From an uncultured Alphaproteobacteria bacterium (GTDB taxonomy: Bacteria; Pseudomonadota; Alphaproteobacteria; CACIAM-22H2), in assembly GCA_963748455.1 (NCBI GenBank), contig CAVVJD010000014.1, forward strand, positions 445,993 to 509,992: DNA of 64,000 bases, given 5' to 3'. Of the stretch, positions 9,045 to 18,960 are shown one piece after another; within the stretch, counting starts at the first letter, position 1; each line of letters begins with the position of its first letter. The notes beneath the pieces are model-generated. The model was given only the letters and a program-made list of their open reading frames with translations, did no database searches and was not told the DNA's origin. Made by a program: the position numbers and the translations under genes.

Positions 9045-10274
9045 TTGACGCCCCCGGAGTCCTGGATGAGCACGCCCGCCCCTGCTGACGCCCCACCGGT
9101 CTGGCGGCCCGTGCTGTCCGGGCTGTGCGCGAGCCTGGTCGGTATCGGCTTGGCGCGCTTCGCCTACACCCCGCTCCTGCCCGCCCTGATTGCGGATGGC
9201 TGGTTCTCGGCCGCCGATGCCGCCTATCTGGGAGCTGCCAATCTCGCCGGCTATCTCGCCGGCGCCGTGCTCGCGCGGCAGATGGCGAGCCTGGCGCCCG
9301 CCCGTCACGTTCTGCGCGCGATGATGCTGCTGGCCGCCGCGAGCCTGCTCGCCTGCGCCTGGCCGCTCTCGTTCCTGTGGTTCTTCGTCTGGCGCTTCGC
9401 GGCCGGGATCTCGGGCGGCGTGCTGATGGTGTTGGCGGCCACCACCATCCTGCCGCATGTGCCGGCGGGAAGGCGCGGCCTCGCCAGCGGCGCCATCTTC
9501 ACCGGGGTCGGGATCGGTATCGCCGCGTCGGGCACGTTGGTGCCGCTGTTGATGCGCATCGGCCTCATGGAAACCTGGCTAGGGCTGGCGGTCCTCACAT
9601 TCGCTCTCACGCTCCTCGCCTGGAGCGGCTGGCCGCGCGGGGCCGCGCGGCCGCAGAGGGCCGAGCCGGCGACGCCGTTGCGCTCAGGCCCGGTGCTCGG
9701 TGCGCTGCTGATCGAATACGCGCTCAACGCCGTCGGGCTGGTGCCGCACATGGTGTTCCTGGTCGATTTCATCGCCCGCGGTTTGGGCCAGGGCCTGGAG
9801 ATCGGCTCCGTGTACTGGGTCTTGTTCGGGCTGGGCGCCAGTGTCGGCCCGCTCAGCGCCGGCATGCTCGCCGACCGCATCGGCTTCCGTATCGCGCTGC
9901 GCGCCGCCTTCGTCATTCAGGCCGTAGCAATAGCGGCCCTTGCGGTGTCGTCGCACGCGGTCAGCCTAGTCGTGTCGAGTTTTATCGTCGGCGCCTTCGC
10001 GCCCGGGATTGTGCCGCTGGTGCTGGGCCGCCTGCATGAGCTGATCGCCGACGTGAAGGGTCGCACCGCTGCCTGGGGCTTCGCGACGACAGCGTTCTCC
10101 GTCGGCCAAGCGGGGGCGGCTTACGGATTTTCATATCTGTTTGCCCACAGCGCCGGAGGTTACGCCCTGCTCTTCGCGCTCGGTGCCGGGGCGCTGTGTG
10201 TGGCCCTGGCGATCGATGTCGCCGCCGGCGCCGTTGTCTCCTCCCTCAAGCCCAGCACGGACCGGCCGTCATGA
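9045..10274 (+). CDS. MFS transporter, YbfB/YjiJ (DUF1228) family.
   Basis: 12 TM helices. The N-terminal LARFAYTPLLPAL motif is typical of the YbfB family. Sits downstream of LysR on the same strand. Confidence 0.75.
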   Translation: MTPPESWMSTPAPADAPPVWRPVLSGLCASLVGIGLARFAYTPLLPALIADGWFSAADAAYLGAANLAGYLAGAVLARQMASLAPARHVLRAMMLLAAASLLACAWPLSFLWFFVWRFAAGISGGVLMVLAATTILPHVPAGRRGLASGAIFTGVGIGIAASGTLVPLLMRIGLMETWLGLAVLTFALTLLAWSGWPRGAARPQRAEPATPLRSGPVLGALLIEYALNAVGLVPHMVFLVDFIARGLGQGLEIGSVYWVLFGLGASVGPLSAGMLADRIGFRIALRAAFVIQAVAIAALAVSSHAVSLVVSSFIVGAFAPGIVPLVLGRLHELIADVKGRTAAWGFATTAFSVGQAGAAYGFSYLFAHSAGGYALLFALGAGALCVALAIDVAAGAVVSSLKPSTDRPS

Positions 10275-10846
10275 AGCTCTACTACAACAAGCCTTCGCCT
10301 TACGCGCGCAAGGTGCTGGTGATCGCGCATGAGAAGCGCGTGTTCGACAAGCTGGAGCGCCACGAGGTCGATCCGTGGAGCGATCCGCCGGAGCTGCTGG
10401 CGGTCAACCCGATCGGCAAATTGCCGGCGCTGATCGCCGATGACGGCACGCTGATCACCGAGAGCACGACGATCGGCGAATATCTCGATGATGTCGGATC
10501 GGGCCCCCGCCTCATCAACACGCCGCGCCGCGACGTGATGGCGCGCGCGGCCCTCGCGCAAGGGCTGATCGATGCGGCGTTCATCAGCGTGATCGAGCGG
10601 CGGCGGCCGGCGGACAAGCAATGGCCGGATTGGATCGCGCGCCAGCGCCGCGCCATCGAGCGCACGCTGCCGCGGCTCAGCGTGGCGACGGGGCGGTTCG
10701 ATTTCGGCGATATCGCGACGGCGTGCGCGCTCGCGTATCTGGATTTTCGGCTGCCGGATGTGGGGTGGCGGGCGGTGCATCCAGCATTGGCGGCGTGGCT
10801 GGATGAGATAAGTTTGCGGCCGTCGATGGTGGCGACGCGGCCGTAG
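10271..10846 (+). CDS. Glutathione S-transferase.
   Basis: MKLYYNKPSPYARKV...NPIGKLPAL thioredoxin-like GST N-domain. ATG overlaps the MFS stop as ATGA. Confidence 0.85.
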   Translation: MKLYYNKPSPYARKVLVIAHEKRVFDKLERHEVDPWSDPPELLAVNPIGKLPALIADDGTLITESTTIGEYLDDVGSGPRLINTPRRDVMARAALAQGLIDAAFISVIERRRPADKQWPDWIARQRRAIERTLPRLSVATGRFDFGDIATACALAYLDFRLPDVGWRAVHPALAAWLDEISLRPSMVATRP

Positions 10847-10857
10847 ACGTTGCCCTG

Positions 10858-11010
10858 CTGCATCACCCCCCACCCTAACCCTCCCCCTCAAGGGGGGAGG
10901 GCATTCCATCGCAAAGGTGGCGTCGGTCTGTCTCAGAAATAGAACAGCCCTAAATCCGCTCACATTCTGATTCCCTCCCCCCTTGAGGGGGAGGGTTAGG
11001 GTGGGGGGTG
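10858..11010. repeat. Hairpin-forming intergenic palindromic element (MITE/REP-like), GGGAGGGTTAGGGTGGGGGG family.
   Basis: CACCCCCCACCCTAACCCTCCCCCTCAAGGGGGGAGGGC ... CCCTCCCCCCTTGAGGGGGAGGGTTAGGGTGGGGGGTG are inverted arms around a 60-bp spacer. Located between convergent genes. Confidence 0.8.
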
Positions 11011-11052
11011 ACACAGGCGCAGTGCCTCAAGCCGAAGCGCGTGCAGCCACCC

Positions 11053-11433
11053 TCACTCCCACACATTCCCCTTCTCCTGCAGATCCGGTCGCTGCGGCTT
11101 CACCACGCAGAACCGATGCCCGCTGGGCGCCTCCAGCACCACCCAGCGCGGGAAATCCTGCACGCGCTTGGCGCCGAGTTTCTCCAGCCGCGCCACTTCC
11201 GCCGCCTGGTCGTCGGTCTCGATGTCGAGATGCACGCGGCTGTCATGGTCGACACGTTGCAGCTGGATCGTGGCTTCGTCCTCGGGCCCGATGAGGGTGA
11301 TGTATTTCCCGGCATCACCGGGCTTGGGCGGCTGGATCTTGTAGCCCAGCGCCTCGCTCCAGAATTTGGCCTGCTTGGGCAAATCATCGGTCCGGCAGTC
11401 GATGATCAGCGTGCCGAGACGGCTCTTGTGCAT
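11053..11433 (-). CDS. VOC-family (glyoxalase/bleomycin-resistance fold) protein.
   Basis: About 125 aa with a glyoxalase-like beta-alpha-beta-beta-beta pattern (GTLIIDCRTDDLPKQAKFWSEALGY...). ATG at 11433 with GGAGAG RBS. Confidence 0.65.
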   Translation of the reverse strand: MHKSRLGTLIIDCRTDDLPKQAKFWSEALGYKIQPPKPGDAGKYITLIGPEDEATIQLQRVDHDSRVHLDIETDDQAAEVARLEKLGAKRVQDFPRWVVLEAPSGHRFCVVKPQRPDLQEKGNVWE

Positions 11434-11555
11434 GTCCCTCTCCTTCCAAAGTCCCGACGCATTAATAGCCAACCGTCTGGGCATCGTCATGTGACAATGA
11501 GGATGCTATGCTCGAACAACCTGCAGGGGAATGTACCAGCGCCGCCACAGCCGAC

Positions 11556-12273
11556 GATGTCCGATCCGAAAAAATCTCCCGATGAGAAAGGCGGGCTCGA
11601 CGAGGCGCCGCATTATCTGGGGCACCGGCAGCGGCTGCGCGAGCGCTTCCGCGCGGCCGGCGGCGCCGGGCTCCCCGATTACGAGCTGATCGAGCTGCTG
11701 CTGTTCGCCGCGATCCCGCGGCGCGACGTCAAGCCGCTGGCGAAGACGCTCGAGAAGAGCTTCGGCGGGTTTGCCGGACTGATTTCAGCGTCGCGCGAGC
11801 GCCTCGAAGCGGCGGGGCTCGGCGACAGCGCCATTGACCTGCTCAAAATCGTGCGCGAGGCGGCGGTGCGGCTGGCGCGGGAGGAAATGACGGAGCAGCC
11901 GGCGATGGGCTCGTTCCAGAAGGTGCTCGATTACTGCCGCACCGACATGGCGCATGCCGGCGTCGAGCATTTCCGCCTGCTCTTCCTCGACCGCAAGAAC
12001 AAGGTGATCGGCGACGAGGTGCAGCAGCGCGGCACGGTCGATCACACGCCGGTCTATCCGCGCGAGGTGGTGAAGCGCGCGCTGGAGCTTGGCGCCTCGG
12101 CCATCATCATGGTGCACAATCACCCGAGCGGAGATCCCTCACCTTCCAAGGCCGATATCGAAATGACGCGCGAGGTGGTGAAAGCGGCAGCCGCGCTCGG
12201 CGTGGCGGTGCATGACCACCTGATCATCGGCAAGCGCGGACACTCCAGCCTCAAGAGCATGGGGCTCTTGTGA
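11556..12273 (+). CDS. radC: RadC-family JAB-domain protein.
   Basis: HNHPSGDPSPSKADIEMTR JAMM motif. N-terminal HhH-like region LPDYELIELLL. Confidence 0.85.
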
Positions 12274-12344
12274 TCCGTCACCGGTTCGGGCTAATTCCCG
12301 GACCCTGCCATGCCGCTTCCCTTCCCGCTTCAGGAGGACGGTCT

Positions 12345-12992
12345 ATGCCCAAGCTTCGCGTTCACGGCTTTTCCATTTCCCTCGACGGCTACGGCGCCGG
12401 CCCCAACCAGAGCCTCGACAACCCGCTCGGCGTCGGCGGTGAGGCGCTGCATGAATGGACCGTTGCCACGTGCACCTTTCAGAAAATGGTCGGCAAAGAC
12501 AGTGGTACAACGGGGACAGATGACGATTTCACAGCGCGTGGGTTTGAAGACATCGGCGCCTGGATCCTGGGCCGCAACATGTTCGGGCCAGTGCGCGGAC
12601 CGTGGCCCGACGAGAGATGGAAAGGCTGGTGGGGCGACAATCCGCCTTATCACGTGCCCGTCTTCGTGCTGACCCATCACGCCAGGGCGCCGATCACCAT
12701 GGAGGGCGGCACCGTTTTCCATTTCGTGACCGACGGCATCCACGCCGCGCTGAAGCGCGCCAGCGAGGCCGCGAAAGGTCAGGATATCCGGCTGGGCGGC
12801 GGGGCTGCGACCATCCAGCAATATCTGCGCGCGGGTCTCATCGACGAGATGCATCTGGCGATCTCGCCGATCCTCCTGGGATCAGGCGAGGCGCTGTTTG
12901 CGGGCATCGACGCCCACACGCTCGGCTATCGATGCATCGAACACGTTGCCACGGCGAGCGCGACGCATGTCGTTCTCGCCATGCGCGGATGA
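12345..12992 (+). CDS. Dihydrofolate-reductase-family (RibD C-terminal domain) protein.
   Basis: MPKLRVHGFSISLDGYGAG... and GGGAATIQQYLRAGLIDEMHLAISPILLGSG are typical of the RibD_C/DHFR-like family. Good RBS AGGAGG. Confidence 0.75.
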   Translation: MPKLRVHGFSISLDGYGAGPNQSLDNPLGVGGEALHEWTVATCTFQKMVGKDSGTTGTDDDFTARGFEDIGAWILGRNMFGPVRGPWPDERWKGWWGDNPPYHVPVFVLTHHARAPITMEGGTVFHFVTDGIHAALKRASEAAKGQDIRLGGGAATIQQYLRAGLIDEMHLAISPILLGSGEALFAGIDAHTLGYRCIEHVATASATHVVLAMRG

Positions 12993-12998
12993 AGGCTC

Positions 12999-14214
12999 TT
13001 CAGCGCGTCGCATTCTTGACAAGAGGGCACTTGCTCTCGGACAGCGGCCATACGGTTTCCTCGGGCGCGATCTTGCGCACGATCTCGAAGTAGTCCCACG
13101 GATACTTGGACTCCGCCGGTTTCTTCACCCGCGCGAGATACATCGTGCGCGTGACACGGCCGTCCTCGCGGATGCGCGCGTTCTCCGAAAAGATGTCATC
13201 GATCGGATCGCGCGCATCGCGGCCGCAACCTTGTCGGCATCGTCGGTGCCGGCCTTGGCGATCGCCTTGAGATAGTGGCGCACCGCGCCATAGACGCCCG
13301 CGTGCAGCATCGAGGGCATGATGCCGGTCTTGGCCATGAACTGCTTCGACCAGGCGCGTGTCGCGTCATTCGTGTCCCAATAGGACGCGGTGGTGAGATA
13401 CGTGCCCTGCGCGGCGCTAAGCCCGAGCGCGTGCACGTCCTGGAGGAAAAAGATCAGCGCCGCGAGGCTTTGTCCGCCTTGCACGAGGCCGAACTCGGCC
13501 GCCTGCTTCATCGCGGTGATGGTGTCGTTGCCCGCATTGGCGATGCCGATCACCTTGGCGCCGGACGATTGCGCCCGGAGCAGGAACGAGGAGAAATCCG
13601 CGGTGTTGAGCGGGTGGCGCGCGGCGCCCAGCACCTGGCCCCCCGCTGCGGTGATGACTTTGGTCGCATCGCTTCTGGAGCTGATGCCCGAACGCATAGT
13701 CCGAGGCGAGGATGAACCACGACGTTCCGCCCGCCTTCACCACTGCCGAGGCCGTCCCGTGCGACACCGCATAGGTGTCGTATGTCCAATGGAAGCCGTA
13801 GGGCGAGCACTGCTCGTTCGTAAGCGCGGTCGTGCCCGCGCCGGAATAGAGCACGATCCGCTTCTGCTCGCGCGCAAGATTCTGGATCGCGAGCGCCACG
13901 CCCGAATTCGGCACGTCGACAATCGCATCGACGCCTTCGACATCGAGCCAGCGCCGCGCGATCGAGAGGCCGACATCGGCCTTGTGCAGATGATCCGCCG
14001 AGATCACCTGCACCGGCTTGCCGAGCACCATGCCGCCGACTTCCTGGATCGCCATCTCGGCCGCGACGACCGATCCCTTGCCGGTGATGTCGGCGGTCAC
14101 GCCCGCAAGGTCGGTCAGGACGCCGATCTTGACGACATCGCCGCTGATCTGGGCCTGTGCCGCGATGGGAAGCATTGCGGCGAACAGGGCCGCGCCGAAC
14201 ATGTTCAGCCTCAT
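12999..14214 (-). pseudogene. Branched-chain amino acid ABC transporter substrate-binding protein (LivK-like), two frameshifts (near 13210 and 13700).
   Basis: Three consecutive minus-strand frames encode the N-terminal (signal + VKIGVLTDLAGV...), middle (IGIANAGNDTITAMKQAAEFGL...) and C-terminal (RIREDGRVTRTMYLARVKKPAESKYPWDYFEIV) parts of one LIV-binding protein. A single missing G in gcgcgcgatcc restores the last junction. Confidence 0.7.
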
Positions 14215-14245
14215 CTCTCGTTTCCTCCGATGTCCGTATCGTTGT

Positions 14246-15193
14246 TCAGCAGTTGTTCGCGTCGAGCCAGGCGAGGATCATCGCGGCGAGGTCGTCGCTG
14301 TTGTCCTCGATCATCATCATGTGGCCATTGCCGTGGACGCCGCGGTCGGGCAGCCACGTGAAATCGGCGCCGAGATAGTTGGCGGTGGCTCCATCGACCG
14401 CGCGTGGATGGCGCGGGTCGTGGTCGCCCGTGACGATCAGCACGCGGTGGCCGCTGAGGTTCTTGGGATCGCGGATCTTCAGTCCACGTCCACCGATATT
14501 GAAGCGCTCGTTCAGGATACGCGCGCTCTCCGGCACGATCGAGCGGCAATAGTTTTCAAACGTATGCCGGGGGAAGCGCGGTGCGTTCGCCCAAAAGCTT
14601 GCCGCGAATTCTGTGCCCAGCCAGACCGGCTTGTCTTCGACGGAATAGACTGGGCAGCCCGCGCCCGCGTCGTCGCGCAGCGCCAGGATGGCGGCCGGAT
14701 CGTCTGGCAGGTCTCTCAACAGGTTCGCCGGCGGGCCGGGCGCGATGCCGATAACCGCTGCCACGAGGTCGGGGCGTTGCTCCGTCATCCACCACGCCAT
14801 CGGGCCGCTCGCCGAATGCGCGAGCAGTACCGCGGGTCCGATCTCCTCAAGAAGAGCGAGGAGCGAGGCGGCGACATCCGCGGCCCCAAGCTTCGGAAAG
14901 TCCGGACGCATGGGCGAGCGGCCATGGCCGGGCCAATCGGGCACAAACACGTCGCGGCCGCTTGCCGCGAAACGCGGCGCCCAGCCAGGCCGAAGGTCCG
15001 GGGTCGCCATATAGCAGGTGCCCGTATGGCCCCCGCCGTGCACCATCACGACCGGCGTCTTGTTCGCGATGTCTCCACGCGCGCGCACATGATCCACATA
15101 GATCGGATGGGCGTCCGTTCCGGAATATAGACACAGTGGCGCATCCTCGGGCGATGCGCGCAGGCGCCCATGCCAAGCCGGCACGGCATCCAT
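14246..15193 (-). CDS. Alpha/beta-hydrolase fold protein.
   Basis: VVMVHGGGHTG ... LLAHSASGPMAW (GxSxG nucleophile elbow) ... catalytic His near the C-terminus. Confidence 0.8.
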   Translation of the reverse strand: MDAVPAWHGRLRASPEDAPLCLYSGTDAHPIYVDHVRARGDIANKTPVVMVHGGGHTGTCYMATPDLRPGWAPRFAASGRDVFVPDWPGHGRSPMRPDFPKLGAADVAASLLALLEEIGPAVLLAHSASGPMAWWMTEQRPDLVAAVIGIAPGPPANLLRDLPDDPAAILALRDDAGAGCPVYSVEDKPVWLGTEFAASFWANAPRFPRHTFENYCRSIVPESARILNERFNIGGRGLKIRDPKNLSGHRVLIVTGDHDPRHPRAVDGATANYLGADFTWLPDRGVHGNGHMMMIEDNSDDLAAMILAWLDANNC

Positions 15194-15286
15194 GCGATCC
15201 TCCCAAACCGACGGTGTTGATCGTTCTTGCGTTGTAGGGGGCGATGCTAAGATGGCGGCCCCAGAGATGCAAGCAGAAAGTCACAT

Positions 15287-15817
15287 ATGAGACTATCTCG
15301 GAAAGCGAAGAAAACCGCGTCCACGCCAGACGCGCGGAAAAGCACGGCGAACGAAGTCGCCGGCGTGCTCAACGGCACGGAGATCAAGATCGCCTACAAG
15401 ATGGGCTATGTGCTGAACTTCTACCGGGAACCGTCGTTCCGAAAGATCGAAATGGAGCTCGGCCTGACACGGCCCGAGATCGTCACGCTGATCTTCCTGA
15501 ATTTCCGCGAGGGCGTGACCGCAAGCGACATCTGCGAGTTCACCGGTCACCTCAAGGCCAATATCAGCCGCGGGATCATTGCGCTGGAAAACAAGAAACT
15601 GTTGCGCCGTGAGGCTGACCCAGCCGACAACCGGCGCCAGCACCTGTTCATCACGCCGGCCGGCCGCGCCCTCTATGCGCAGTACATCCCGGCCTTGCGC
15701 GAGCGCGAGCGCGCAATGCTGGCGTGCCTCACGCGATCCGAGTGCAAGGCGTTCGAGCGCCTGCTCGACAAGCTCGCCGGCCACGTGCCGATCTGGGCGG
15801 CACCCAGCGAGCTGTGA
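15287..15817 (+). CDS. MarR-family transcriptional regulator.
   Basis: Winged-HTH region TRPEIVTLIFLNFREGVTASDICEFTGHLKANISRGIIALENKKLLRRE. Confidence 0.8.
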   Translation: MRLSRKAKKTASTPDARKSTANEVAGVLNGTEIKIAYKMGYVLNFYREPSFRKIEMELGLTRPEIVTLIFLNFREGVTASDICEFTGHLKANISRGIIALENKKLLRREADPADNRRQHLFITPAGRALYAQYIPALRERERAMLACLTRSECKAFERLLDKLAGHVPIWAAPSEL

Positions 15818-15887
15818 CCGCGCCCCGCGTATCGCGTTCCGTCAGCGCGGATATTTGCGCCTTATACGCATGGGAATTGTTGGATGA

Positions 15888-15975
15888 TCAGCCCGTGGCC
15901 GATGCCGATGCGGCGCGCGCCACGAGGAAGGCCGCAATCAGCAGCGGCGCCAGGCACTCGATCGGTGCCACACAC
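15888..15975 (-). pseudogene. Remnant: 3'-terminal about 88 bp (last about 29 codons) of a GAF-domain gene, paralogous to the 3' end of the intact GAF gene at 20461..20961.
   Basis: Encodes ...EECVAPIECLAPLLIAAFLVARAASASATG*, versus ...EEHVAPIERLAPLLIPAFLVARAASSSTRR* in the intact gene. Nucleotide identity is about 80% over the block, with no similarity beyond it. Confidence 0.75.
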
Positions 15976-15991
15976 TCCTCACGCCTCCGCT

Positions 15992-17632
15992 TCACTCCGG
16001 TATCCCGGCTCTGCGCAGCCCCTCTATGTAAAGCTCCAGTTGCTCCGGGTTTTTTACATAGAAGAGGCGCTTGCGCGCGAAGTTGCAGGCGAAATCCGGC
16101 TTGCGCTGCAGCAGGTCGCCGATTGCCACGCGCAAGTCTTCCGAACATTCCAAGTGCCCCAGGGCCGCGACACGGTGGGCGAACGCCCAATAATGCGCAT
16201 TGGGCACCCGCGTGGCTTTCTGGGCCCATTCGCTGGCCAGCTCGAATTCCCGCGCAAAAATGTGCGCAAGCGCTCCATAAGAGTAGAACGCCCAACGCAA
16301 GGGATCATAAGGGCTCAGCTCGATCGCCCTCTGGAAATAGGGGATCGCCTCGCTGATGCGCCCCTCGTAAACCAGCGAGTCGCCGAGACCGCAATAGCTC
16401 GCCGCAAGACACGGGTTCAGCTCGACCGCCGTTTCCAGCTCGGCTAGCGCGTCTCCATATGCCTTCCCGGCAAGCAGCGCGCGCCCGTACATGAACCGGA
16501 TCAATCCATCCTGGTCGTCGAGCTCGACGCCTTTCCTCCCAATCGCAATGGCCTCGGTGAGCCGCTCTTCGTTCGGCTCGGCCTCGAAATAAACCATGCT
16601 CAGGACGATCGCATAGGACAGGTACCCATAAGCCTCAGCCAGATTGGGGTCGAGTTCCATGGCGCGGCGAAACAGCCGCTGCGCTTCCAGATTGTCCGCA
16701 GGAGTTGATTTGTAAAAGTGTTTCGTCCCAAGCCGGAAAAAGTCCCACGCGTGCAGCGCCGGCACAGCTTTTCGCTCGACGCGCTGCCGCTCGGCCGCGC
16801 CAATCTCGGGCTCGATCCGCGCCGCGATCGTGGTTGTGATTTCGTCTTGTACCTGGAAGAGATCCTGCAGATCGCGGTCGTACCGCTCCGCCCAGAGTTG
16901 CCGGCCGCCTTCGGTCTCCACCAGCTGCGCGGTCATGCGCACGCGCTGCCCGATCTTGCGCACACTGCCCTCGACCAGGTACTCGGCGCCGAGCGTCAAG
17001 CCGACGCGGCGCACATCGCCCCCGCCGCCCTTGAAAGCGAAGCTCGAATTGCGGGCGATCACCACCAGGGACCGGTACTTGGACAAAGCGGTAATGATGT
17101 CTTCCGCGATTCCGTCAGAGAAATATTCTTGCTCTGGATCGCCGCTTAAATTGTTGAACGGCAGTACCGCAACGGACGGCCGTCCGCTCCAATTTAGGGG
17201 AGCGCCTGAGTTGACGGCGCCGAGAGCTTTGTCCGCGACGGCGTCGCCCCCCGCTCCGGGAATAGGTTCAGCGGACACTGCTCGAGTTTGTTCTGGCGAG
17301 CGGCCATTTCCATCTGTCTCAACTCCGCTGCGAACCTCGCCCACAAATCGGAAGCCCTTTCGGGCATAGGTCTTGATCAGAGACTGCTGCTCGCCGCTGT
17401 CCCCCACAGCCTTGCGGGCCGCGGTGATCCGACTGGTCAGGGTTGAATCCGATATGATCCGGCCATCCCAGACCGCCGCGATCAGGTCGTCCTTGGTCAC
17501 CACGCGTTCTCGGTTCTGCACCAAAAAGAGCAGCACATCGAACACCTGCGGCTCGAGCGAGATCGGCTCCTCGCCCCGCCGAAGCTCTCGCCTTCGGCCG
17601 TCCAGGACATAGCCACCAAAACAGAGTTGCAA
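15992..17632 (-). CDS. Winged-helix (OmpR/CadC-type) DNA-binding protein fused to a TolB-N-like domain and TPR repeats.
   Basis: N-terminal trans_reg_C-like region (LEPQVFDVLLFLVQNRERVVTKDDLIAAVWDG...KGFRFV), central VAVLPFNNLSGDPEQEYFSDGIAEDIIT domain, C-terminal TPR-like helices. Confidence 0.8.
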   Translation of the reverse strand: MQLCFGGYVLDGRRRELRRGEEPISLEPQVFDVLLFLVQNRERVVTKDDLIAAVWDGRIISDSTLTSRITAARKAVGDSGEQQSLIKTYARKGFRFVGEVRSGVETDGNGRSPEQTRAVSAEPIPGAGGDAVADKALGAVNSGAPLNWSGRPSVAVLPFNNLSGDPEQEYFSDGIAEDIITALSKYRSLVVIARNSSFAFKGGGGDVRRVGLTLGAEYLVEGSVRKIGQRVRMTAQLVETEGGRQLWAERYDRDLQDLFQVQDEITTTIAARIEPEIGAAERQRVERKAVPALHAWDFFRLGTKHFYKSTPADNLEAQRLFRRAMELDPNLAEAYGYLSYAIVLSMVYFEAEPNEERLTEAIAIGRKGVELDDQDGLIRFMYGRALLAGKAYGDALAELETAVELNPCLAASYCGLGDSLVYEGRISEAIPYFQRAIELSPYDPLRWAFYSYGALAHIFAREFELASEWAQKATRVPNAHYWAFAHRVAALGHLECSEDLRVAIGDLLQRKPDFACNFARKRLFYVKNPEQLELYIEGLRRAGIPE

Positions 17633-17894
17633 GCACCCCTCCTCAGGGCCGCAAGGCAGTTCTCGGGCGAAAATCAGGCCCGTCTCGCGAGCAAATCAAG
17701 CGTCTCTTCAGGCTTTCGGCCCGGCGCTGCGGCATCCTGCCTCGGATCGGTCGCGCGTCGCGTGACCGGCTTCACATGACTGGCGCTGAAGGGAGGATAC
17801 CATGTTCGATGCCCACAGTCCGGCCCGCCTCAAGAACACCGTTATCGATGTCGAATTCCATTGTAGGCAGCCAAGGGCGCTCGGCTGCGCGGCG

Positions 17895-18413
17895 ATGTGG
17901 GACGCGCTCAAACCGCTAGCCGCGGCGTTCAGAATCGGGTTGAGCACCTTGGCCCTCGGACTCGCCATTGCGGCCACCACTTCCGCTCCGGAAGCACGGG
18001 CCCAGGCCGCTGATGGGCATACCATTCTGACCGCCGGCGACATCAAATGGTCGCCCGCCCCGCCCTCATTACCTGCGGGGGCGCAGGCGGCCGTGCTGTA
18101 TGGAGACCCGGGCAAAGACGGTCTATTTGCCCTTCGGCTCAGGCTCCCCAAGGGTTACGCCATCGCGCCGCATACGCACCCAAAACCAGAAATCGTCACC
18201 GTAATTTCGGGGACGTTCCGGCTGGGTATGGGGGAGCGTGCCGACGCAAGCAAGGGCCAGCCTCTTACGGCAGGCAGTTTCTTTGCACTTCACCCAGGCA
18301 TGGCGCATTTCGCCTTCGCCGACGAGGATACGGTCATCCAGCTCAACAGCGCCGGGCCGTGGACACTCGTTTACGTCAATCCAAACGACGATCCGCGCAA
18401 GAAGACCCAGTAG
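17895..18413 (+). CDS. Secreted cupin-domain protein.
   Basis: Signal peptide (LAAAFRIGLSTLALGLAIAATTSAPEARA) followed by the cupin motif G..AIAPHTHPKPEIVTVISG. Confidence 0.75.
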   Translation: MWDALKPLAAAFRIGLSTLALGLAIAATTSAPEARAQAADGHTILTAGDIKWSPAPPSLPAGAQAAVLYGDPGKDGLFALRLRLPKGYAIAPHTHPKPEIVTVISGTFRLGMGERADASKGQPLTAGSFFALHPGMAHFAFADEDTVIQLNSAGPWTLVYVNPNDDPRKKTQ

Positions 18414-18504
18414 ACACATCCGCGAAGCTGCCCGTCTGCAGTTCATCGGGTCGAGCGGCGCTGTCCATATCGCCTCAACAAGCAATTCAAACAGGAGAAA
18501 CCAC

Positions 18505-18873
18505 GTGCCTGAATCCTCACGAGAGCTGGTCGTACTTATGACACATGGCGCCGATCATGAACTCTCCTCGGTCGCCTTCACGATCGCGAATGGCGGCATG
18601 ACGGCGGGCCTAAGGGTTTCCGCATTCTTGACCAGCGCCGCGGTCGATCTGGTGCGAAAGCGCGCCATCGACAGCACGGTCGTGCCCCCGCTCGAACCGC
18701 TCGCATCCTTGGTGAAGGACTTTCTCGCGCGCGGCGGCCGCCTGTGGGCATGCACACCTTGCGTGAAGGCCCGCGGCTACGAGCAGAGCGACCTCATCGA
18801 GGGCGTGGAGATCGCCGGGTCCAGCAAAATACACGAGCTGATCAAGGCCGGAGCCGCGACGCTCAGCTTTTGA
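18505..18873 (+). CDS. DsrE/DsrF-like (YchN-fold) sulfur-carrier family protein.
   Basis: About 122 aa. GTG start 6 nt after AGGAG. DsrE-like core with conserved Cys context LWACTPC. Confidence 0.65.
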   Translation: MPESSRELVVLMTHGADHELSSVAFTIANGGMTAGLRVSAFLTSAAVDLVRKRAIDSTVVPPLEPLASLVKDFLARGGRLWACTPCVKARGYEQSDLIEGVEIAGSSKIHELIKAGAATLSF

Positions 18874-18960
18874 CGCTCGAATTGCCGCCTCACGGCTCCA
18901 AAGGCGTGCGGCACTCACGGACGGGAAATCCACCCAGATTCACAATAAGGAGCTCCGACA

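Noticed and set aside
10858-11010. A CRISPR array or a tRNA gene in the palindromic GC-rich elements.
   Set aside because: Only two inverted arms per locus, with no regularly spaced direct repeats or unique spacers and no cloverleaf. These are REP/MITE-like hairpins.
13390-14361. 323-aa plus-strand ORF across the LIV substrate-binding-protein locus.
   Set aside because: Antisense to the recognisable but frameshifted LIV-binding protein frames. No domain signature.
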